DNA of 22,821 nt from assembly GCA_963727525.1 (NCBI GenBank), contig CAVSGO010000001.1:1-22821 (forward strand). Reading direction: 5' to 3'. Both the position numbers and the translations under genes were made by a program. This document shows, piece by piece, positions 9,026 to 15,202 of this stretch (the first letter of the stretch is position 1; every line of letters starts with the position of its first letter). This DNA comes from an uncultured bacterium. GTDB taxonomy: Bacteria; Krumholzibacteriota; Krumholzibacteriia; LZORAL124-64-63. Under the pieces are notes generated by a model that made no database searches, had not been told where the DNA came from, and was given only the letters and a program-made list of their open reading frames with translations.

Positions 9026-9379
9026 GTGACCATCGAAGCCGCCCAGGATGCCGCCCGACGCAAGGGCGTCGACAGGATCCGCCGCCATATCTTCCTCTGC
9101 TGCGACCAGGCCGAACCGAAGTGCTGCGCGAAGGACGCTGGCCTCGCGAGCTGGGCCTTCCTCAAGAACCGCCTCGAGGAACTGAACCTCACGGGCGACG
9201 GCGGCATCTACCGCACGAAGGCGAACTGCCTGCGCATCTGCCGCCAGGGCCCGATCGCCGTGGTCTACCCCGAGGGTGTGTGGTATCACTCCTGCACACC
9301 CGACGTCCTCGAGCGTATCATCCAGGAACATCTGATCGGCGGCCGACCCGTGGCCGAATACGTGCTGCAGGCGAAGTAG
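9026..9379 (+). CDS. Thioredoxin-like [2Fe-2S] ferredoxin, 117 aa
   Basis: RHIFLCC..., [28 protein letters not shown] and [15 protein letters not shown] at 9026 with a GGAGG RBS. Confidence 0.9.
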   Translation: MTIEAAQDAARRKGVDRIRRHIFLCCDQAEPKCCAKDAGLASWAFLKNRLEELNLTGDGGIYRTKANCLRICRQGPIAVVYPEGVWYHSCTPDVLERIIQEHLIGGRPVAEYVLQAK

Positions 9380-9403
9380 CCGAACGCAGACTCCTCGCGC
9401 GGC

Positions 9404-9583
9404 AATGAAACGAGATCGAGGTTATTCTCCACCGAGCTGATCGTGGCCTTCGCCGCCATCTTCGTGAGCACGGCCACACTGTTCGTCTCTATCTACCAGA
9501 CTCGCATCATGCTGTCGGCCACGATGGCCGTGCATGGCGAGCCGATTGCCGGCTGCTGTATCTGCAGTGCGGGCCGCATTTGA
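9404..9583 (+). pseudogene. Start-less fragment of a single-TM membrane protein gene
   Basis: Frame reads RLFSTELIVAFAAIFVSTATLFVSIYQTRIM, a protein-like TM helix resembling the N-terminus of a common hypothetical family, then degenerates to TGA at 9581-9583. No RBS or ATG upstream of the helix. Confidence 0.45.
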
Positions 9584-9615
9584 CGCAAGACCGCTGGCGG
9601 GATGAAGCGTAACGA

Positions 9616-10386
9616 TCAGCGGTAGAGGCTCTTCAAGGCGCCCCAGGTTTCGCGCTCGATCGTGACCGGGTCGCAGTCGCTGTCGTCGATGACATACGCG
9701 CCATCGAGCAACCAGCGCGCGAGATCGAGCGTGCAGCAGTGGAAGGCCGCCGCACATCCTTCATCCAGTTCCCCATCCTCGTGACCGGAACTTCCGGTGT
9801 TGTCGGCGATGGTCGTGCCGTACGCCGTGAGCGTCGAGCCCAGACCAATCTCCACGCCCCCCGGGTAGAAGAGGCTCGCATTGCCCGAGATCTCGCAGTC
9901 GATGAACGTGGGCTGACTGCCATAGATCGCCACGCCACCGCCGCCACGCGCGTAGTTGCCCGTGATGACGCAGCGGACGACGGTGAGCGCCGACCCGTAC
10001 GACACGTCCAGACCGCCCCCGGTCGCACCGAAGAACGAATCGTTGGCATTGCCCCCAGTGATCGTCAGCCCCTCGATCCGCGTGGCGTCGTCGACGCCCG
10101 AGCAGAAGAGGATCGAACCGAAGCCCTGCGGCTGCTGGCCGTCGATCGTCACGCAGTCAGGCTGCCCGGTCGCGCTGCGCAGGGTGATACCGGACTTCAT
10201 CATGATACCCCAGGCCACATAGGTTCCGCACGCCAGCTCGACGACGTCGCCGGCCACCGACGAATCGATCGCGGCCTGGATGGTCGGCGCGTCACCCGTA
10301 CCGACAGGATCGACGTACCAGATTCGCGCCTGTGCCGGACCATTGGCGAGAATCAGACACAGGAATGCGGGAATCCCGATGCGCAT
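9616..10386 (-). CDS. Secreted right-handed parallel beta-helix (pectin-lyase-fold) protein, 256 aa, with C-terminal TWGALKSLYR tail
   Basis: ATG at 10386 with an AAGGAG RBS. Signal peptide ending AQA. VDPVGTGDAPTIQAAID...GDVVELACGTY, IEGLTITGG and repeated C.I.GN.A..GGG turns. Confidence 0.88.
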   Translation of the reverse strand: MRIGIPAFLCLILANGPAQARIWYVDPVGTGDAPTIQAAIDSSVAGDVVELACGTYVAWGIMMKSGITLRSATGQPDCVTIDGQQPQGFGSILFCSGVDDATRIEGLTITGGNANDSFFGATGGGLDVSYGSALTVVRCVITGNYARGGGGVAIYGSQPTFIDCEISGNASLFYPGGVEIGLGSTLTAYGTTIADNTGSSGHEDGELDEGCAAAFHCCTLDLARWLLDGAYVIDDSDCDPVTIERETWGALKSLYR

Positions 10387-10470
10387 GAGGAACTCCTTCG
10401 CAGTGGTCGCCCGACGGCATCCGCGGGACGGCCATCTCGATCTGGCCCTGGTGTGGCGCATGACGTCTCG

Positions 10471-10499
10471 ATTCTACCACACAATCGCCGATAGGTCAG
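10471..10499 (-). promoter_or_regulatory. Candidate extended -10 sigma70 promoter for the beta-helix gene
   Basis: Minus strand CTGACC-17 nt-TAGAAT, with TG immediately upstream of the -10 (TGGTAGAAT). Confidence 0.55.
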
Positions 10500-10503
10500 T
10501 CTC

Positions 10504-10593
10504 GCGAAACCCGCGGCAACTTCGCGCCACGACGGCGTGGCATAGTGAATCGGCGCCATGCCGTTGCGCGTCCGTATGAGCGAGTGGTTAGAT
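10504..10593 (-). mobile_element. Degenerate integron attC-like site
   Basis: Minus strand ATCTAAC (RYYYAAC, containing the VOC stop TAA)-CACTC-GCTCATAC-GGACGCGCAACGGCATGGC...GCCACGCCGTCGTGGCGCG. The internal stem is retained, but the distal L'/R' (GTTRRRY) boxes are degenerate. Confidence 0.5.
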
Positions 10594-10968
10594 CTCACTC
10601 TTGCCACCTGCCCGAAAGGCTCGATTCGATATGGAGATGGAGTTATTGTCGGGATCCTTTGCGTTCGCGAATGAATACCCGTTCGCCTCATGAACCGCGC
10701 CAAACTTCAGTCCCCGTTTCGCTGCCAGCGCGGCAAACGCAACGACGTCTTGAACGTGGAAAGTGAGCTTGACTCCGACTTGGCCGAGCTTCACCGACTT
10801 GGCAGCTTGATGAATGAGGATGCCCGCTCCACCTTCTGTTGCCCGCAGTTCAATGAGGCCTTCCGAAACCTTCCCTGATGTCTCGAGCCCGAAGTGCTTG
10901 CTGTAGAAGGCCGCTGACTTCTCCATGTCGCGAGCGTAGATGAGGACGGTTCCAAGGGGTGAATTCAT
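10588..10968 (-). CDS. VOC (glyoxalase/bleomycin-resistance-like) family protein, 126 aa
   Basis: LIYARDMEKSAAFYSKHFGL, LTFHVQDV and AKDPDNNSISI match VOC beta-alpha-beta-beta-beta repeats. AAGGAG RBS. Lower GC than its neighbours. Confidence 0.88.
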   Translation of the reverse strand: MNSPLGTVLIYARDMEKSAAFYSKHFGLETSGKVSEGLIELRATEGGAGILIHQAAKSVKLGQVGVKLTFHVQDVVAFAALAAKRGLKFGAVHEANGYSFANAKDPDNNSISISNRAFRAGGKSEI

Positions 10969-11137
10969 GGATCTCCTTCAAGCAGTCCCCATAGTGGGCA
11001 TCCGCATTCCAAACTGCCTTTTCGACCGGCATCTCCCCAGTCGACCGACTCAAGGCCTCGAGTGTAACACACCTTCGCCGATCGATCTTGCCGGATGCGC
11101 CGGGGATCCCTGAACATCTGGCGACAACGCAGACGTC

Positions 11138-11203
11138 GGAAAACGACCATTGCCGAAAGGGCACGTGTGGCAGGACCTCGTCGACGAGGTGCGCAGCGAC
11201 GTC
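11138..11203 (-). pseudogene. IS91-family (rolling-circle) transposase remnant
   Basis: DVAAHLVDEVLPHVPFRQWSFS matches the AAHLVD.VLP.VP.RQWV.S segment that follows the zinc-binding domain of IS91-type transposases. The flanks do not continue the homology. Confidence 0.6.
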
Positions 11204-11383
11204 TGGTCGATGGGCGACGAGACATTTGCGACCTTCGCCGCGGCCGACAACATCGTGCGCGAAGGACCGGGCATGACGGGCATCGGGACGCCAACGTCGC
11301 GCAGTACCCCTGGGGAGCCCCACACCTCACAGAGACCGTTACGCCGCCGCAGTAGCGATAGCATGAATAAGGTGGGCTCAGAG

Positions 11384-11584
11384 AGACCAGCGCGATCGCC
11401 CTGGCAGAATGGCTACTGCGAGCACGTGATCGGCACCCGCGAGCGCGAACGCTCGCACTCCGTCATCGTGTTCAACGGGGCTCATGCTCGACACCTGCTC
11501 GAACAATTCCTCGAGGACTACCGATCGAACCGCCCGACGAGTGACAGATCGAGTCTTGACAGGGCACAAGGGCCCCGACTCTAG
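11384..11584 (+). pseudogene. Integrase-core (rve, IS3/IS481-like) transposase remnant
   Basis: RSPWQNGYCEHVIGTRERERSHSVIVFNGAHARHLLEQFLEDY...SLD matches the C-terminal core pattern SPWQNG..ER.IG..RRECLDHVIV..E.HLR..L..Y, with degeneration. The N-terminal part is missing. Confidence 0.7.
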
Positions 11585-11632
11585 CCGGGGCCCAAGGAGC
11601 GCACTCACCGACGCTTGACCGGCCGTTCCATA

Positions 11633-14600
11633 TCAGCGGACGAGCATGAGCTTGCTCGTCTGCACCTCACCGTCCGCGTCCAGCCGCAGCAGGTAAGTCC
11701 CCGAGGCCAGGGTGCGCGGCGCGAAACGCACTTGATGCAAACCCGCGGACATGTCGCCATCGGCGAGGTCGGCTACGCGGCGGCCGGCCACGTCGTACAC
11801 CCGTAGCTTGACCCTCGCGTCATGGGTCAAGGTGAAGCTGATGTCCGTTATCGGGTTGAATGGATTAGGGTTTGCGCCCTGGAGTATCACCAGCGGCGTG
11901 GATGTGGGCGGCGTGACGGGGTGGAGTCCGTCCTGCGCCCCCGTGATCGTGGACCTTCCGACCGCGCGCAGGATCGTGCCGTCCAAGCCTACGGCCCAGC
12001 CGTGCTGCGTATCGACGAAATCAACGGCCTCGAGACTCCAGTCGCCGTTGCCGATCATCTCCTGCCAGCTACTGCCGCCATCGTTCGTCCTGACGCCGTG
12101 CCCCGACGCTGCGCTGCTGCCGACGCTCCACGCATGCGTCGCGTCCACGAACTGGATGTCGTGCAAGTACTGGTAGAAGTTCGGATCGGAATCGAACCGC
12201 AATTGCCACGACTGGCCCCCGTCCGTGGACTCGAAGATCTTCCCGGTACCGGTGGTGAGCCACCCATGGTCCTCGTCGAAGAAGTCGAGCCCGAAGCCGC
12301 TGTCGTCCCCCGGGATCACTCCCGGGATCCAGTGCATGCCGCCGTCAGTCGTGTGGAGCGCCTGGCCGTTGCGGCCCACCGCCCAGCCGTGCAAGAGGTC
12401 GATGAACTCGACGTTGTACAGCGCGTCGCTGGCTCCGATGTCCTGCATCTGCCAGCTCGCGCCACCATCCTCGGTATGCAGCAGAACCCCTATGCCGGAC
12501 AGTGTGTCCCCGCCCACCGCCCAGCCGTGCTGCTGGTCGACGAAGGTGATCACGCGCAACCGCAGAGAGGTGGGCGTGGGTTGGACGACCCAGGTCGTGC
12601 CGCCATCGGCGGTCGCCAGGACCAGGCCGTCGTCGCCACAGATCCAGCCCGTCTGCTGGTCGAGGAACGTCACGCACCAGAGGGCATGCGACGTGATACC
12701 CGCGTGAACTGCCCAGCTGTCGCCGCCGTCCGTGGTCGAGAGGATCGCACCATACTCGCCTACTGCCCACCCGTGCACGGAATCGGTGAAGTCGACGCCC
12801 CGCAGTGCACTGGAGACGGGACTGGCGAGCTGCTCCCAGGACGTACCCGGGGTTCCGAAGAACATGTTCTCGTAGATCTGTAGACCGGCGTCACCATCGC
12901 TGGTGAAAACGTACTGGTCCCGTGCCACCAGCCCCTGCGGCGCGTCCGGGGTCCTGAAGTCGCCGACGAACACCGGGCTGGTCGGATCGTCCACGCTGAT
13001 CAGCCCCAGATTGTAGAGACCGGAGGAGACGACGAACCCGCCGCCGACGTCCAGGTCGAAGGAACCCGCGCTATGGTACAGGTGTCCCAACTCCTGCGGG
13101 TTGGTCGGATCGCTCACGTCCTCAACGTAGAGCCCGTCGGGACCGACGATGCTTCCCACGTAGAGCAGGTTTCCCTCACGCGCGACGTCCGCGGCATACG
13201 CGCCGTGGGTGTCGATGGTGGCCACCTGGGTGATCTGCTGTTCAGGATTCGACACGTCCAGGACAAGCACGCCGGACTGGTCCGCCGCCACGTACGCGTA
13301 CTGTCCGTCGGACAGGATCGCGCTGGCGAACTCGGTGGGCAGTTCGAACCCGCCCAGCTCGACGGGCGCGCCCGGGTTCGTGACATCGAGCACGTGCAGA
13401 GTCTTGTGCTGGTTGCCTGGGGGATTGTCGAGGACGTAGGCGCGCGCGCCGACTGCCGCCACCCGCCAGGCGTTCGGCAAGTCGGTGTCGTCCCCCAGAA
13501 CCGCGGGGCTAGTCGGGTCCGAGATGTCGATGATGCGCAGGCCATCGGCGTCGGCGGCCAGATAAAGGGTGTCGCCCTCGATGGCGAGATCGGACGCTCT
13601 ACCGTCTCCGTCGATCTGAGCGACCCGCTCCGGGTGCTCCATGTCGCTCAGGTCAATCACGTTCAGGCCGTCAAAGGAGGCCGCGACGAAGGCGTAGTCG
13701 CCCACCAGGCGAGTCTCGAGACTGGGCTGGTACGTGGTATAGGAGCCGACGATGTGCGGCGCGCTGCCGTCGCCAAGCTCAATGGTCTCGAGTCCCGCGA
13801 CATCCGCATAACCCCGATCTGCCAGATAGAGGTATCCCTGCGCAACCGCCAGGTGCTTCGGCGAATTGGGCAGGGACATGGTCCCGACCAGATCGGGAGA
13901 AGAGGGATTCTGGAGATCGTACACGGACAGTCCGTTCGTGTTCGCAATGTAGAGCATGTCGCCGTCGAAGGCCATGTCGTCGAGGAAGCCGAGGTGCAGC
14001 GTGGCGAGAGTGGGAAAGCCGGCGGCAGTCATGTCGACGATGTCTTCCTGGACGAAGCCCGGTCCGTGGTGCTCGAAGCAGGCGACCCGATCGTTGGCGG
14101 CGACAGTGCCGGCGCCATAGGAGTCCGTGCCGAAGGCGTCCGACACGTAGATGGAGCCGTCGGCATCGAGTTGCCCGGCCGCGGTGACGGTGAAGCGCGT
14201 GTAATAGAGCGAGTCGGTGGCATGGAGCTTCCCGTCCTCGGGAGAGACGTAGAGATCGGCCACGCGTTCGCTGCCGACGCCTCCGCCGGTGGCGACCGGG
14301 TTCAAGGGGTCGGTGACGTCCACCACAAAAACCCCGAAGTCGCCGATGGCGGCGAAGTGCTCCCAGACGACGACGGTATTGGCGTCGCTCACGCCGAAGC
14401 CGAAGAACTCCACCGTCTGGGAAAGAAAGGCCGGTGCGGTCGGGTTCTGGACGTCCCAGATCTCGAGACCTTGACTTCCGCAGGCCATGAACAATCGCTG
14501 TGTCGCCGGATCGTAGGCAATGTCCTTGACGAGTCCACGGGTGCGAATCTCGTCGTCGACGAGGGTGGGATTGGCCGGATCGGTCCCATCGAGGATAAGT

Positions 14601-14770
14601 ACGGCGCCGCCGGATGAGAGGAAGATCAAGTGGCGACCCACGTCGACTCCAACCGCGCGGGCGGGACCGTAGGGCCAGGCTCCAACCTGGTTGAACGCGG
14701 TGACGGCCGATGCCACCCCGGTCACGGCCAGAGAAAGGATGGCGGCAACGACGAGGGTTTTCCGGTACAT
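11633..14770 (-). CDS. Secreted LVIVD-repeat plus YCF48/BNR-like beta-propeller protein with FlgD-Ig/T9SS-A-like C-terminal domain, 1045 aa
   Basis: ATG at 14770 (MYRKTLVVAAILSLAVTGVASA signal) with an AAGGGG RBS. Many GL.I.D.SDP..P repeats. About seven F.D...GWAVG..G..L.T.DGG.SW repeats. C-terminal ANPNPFNP...SGTYLLRL...KLMLVR. Confidence 0.9.
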   Translation of the reverse strand: MYRKTLVVAAILSLAVTGVASAVTAFNQVGAWPYGPARAVGVDVGRHLIFLSSGGAVLILDGTDPANPTLVDDEIRTRGLVKDIAYDPATQRLFMACGSQGLEIWDVQNPTAPAFLSQTVEFFGFGVSDANTVVVWEHFAAIGDFGVFVVDVTDPLNPVATGGGVGSERVADLYVSPEDGKLHATDSLYYTRFTVTAAGQLDADGSIYVSDAFGTDSYGAGTVAANDRVACFEHHGPGFVQEDIVDMTAAGFPTLATLHLGFLDDMAFDGDMLYIANTNGLSVYDLQNPSSPDLVGTMSLPNSPKHLAVAQGYLYLADRGYADVAGLETIELGDGSAPHIVGSYTTYQPSLETRLVGDYAFVAASFDGLNVIDLSDMEHPERVAQIDGDGRASDLAIEGDTLYLAADADGLRIIDISDPTSPAVLGDDTDLPNAWRVAAVGARAYVLDNPPGNQHKTLHVLDVTNPGAPVELGGFELPTEFASAILSDGQYAYVAADQSGVLVLDVSNPEQQITQVATIDTHGAYAADVAREGNLLYVGSIVGPDGLYVEDVSDPTNPQELGHLYHSAGSFDLDVGGGFVVSSGLYNLGLISVDDPTSPVFVGDFRTPDAPQGLVARDQYVFTSDGDAGLQIYENMFFGTPGTSWEQLASPVSSALRGVDFTDSVHGWAVGEYGAILSTTDGGDSWAVHAGITSHALWCVTFLDQQTGWICGDDGLVLATADGGTTWVVQPTPTSLRLRVITFVDQQHGWAVGGDTLSGIGVLLHTEDGGASWQMQDIGASDALYNVEFIDLLHGWAVGRNGQALHTTDGGMHWIPGVIPGDDSGFGLDFFDEDHGWLTTGTGKIFESTDGGQSWQLRFDSDPNFYQYLHDIQFVDATHAWSVGSSAASGHGVRTNDGGSSWQEMIGNGDWSLEAVDFVDTQHGWAVGLDGTILRAVGRSTITGAQDGLHPVTPPTSTPLVILQGANPNPFNPITDISFTLTHDARVKLRVYDVAGRRVADLADGDMSAGLHQVRFAPRTLASGTYLLRLDADGEVQTSKLMLVR

Positions 14771-15069
14771 GGGAGCCCCTTTCGGTTTGATCGTATAGAT
14801 TGGCGTGTCAATTCGGCGAACGTTGCCGGTATCCGGTCGCTCGATATTCGCGGCTTCTCCGTCTTGGCATGCAGCGCCGCAAGTCGTCCAATATTGGAGT
14901 ACGCAACTTCGGTATTGGCGTGACAGGGCGTATCCCGATTCCGCGTCCGGCAGGCCGGCTGTCTGGTCCACGTCATCCGAGATCATCGGACCCGCGGCCT
15001 GCGAGAACACCATTTCCCTTCGTAGAGACGAACTCGCCAGTGGGAACACCGGTGCGAACAGGGCGCAGA

Positions 15070-15099
15070 TTGTCAATGCCCGCCATCGTGTGATAAACT
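15070..15099 (+). promoter_or_regulatory. Candidate sigma70 promoter for the 15203 gene
   Basis: TTGTCA (15070-15075)-18 nt-TAAACT (15094-15099), with extended TGn. Confidence 0.5.
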
Positions 15100-15202
15100 C
15101 TGATCGTAATCTCGGAATTTCATCCGACACACCGGACCATCGTCGTCGCGATGCCCTCGCCGGGCCGCAAGGACCTGGGACGGAGCATCGGGGAGGTCCA
15201 GC

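Noticed and set aside
7351-9207. 618-aa minus-strand ORF
   Set aside because: It lies antisense across three well-supported plus-strand genes and has no recognisable domain.
1839-10386. Multi-cassette integron array covering the small genes
   Set aside because: Only the VOC gene ends in RYYYAAC with an attC-like stem. The other genes lack it, several have their own promoters, orientations are mixed, and no intI is present.
10850-11584. 157-aa (minus) and 144-aa (plus) ORFs as intact genes
   Set aside because: Only short internal segments resemble transposases, so they are reported as remnants instead.
11960-12850. Photosystem II assembly factor Ycf48 as a sign of phototrophy
   Set aside because: The repeats are a generic BNR/Asp-box propeller inside a secreted multidomain protein, and there are no photosynthesis genes in the window.
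11822-14617. 353-aa and 514-aa plus-strand ORFs (similar cases at 477-1601, 6036-7388, 19922-20863, 20867-21919)
   Set aside because: These are shadow or alternate-frame ORFs within well-supported genes, as expected at this GC content.
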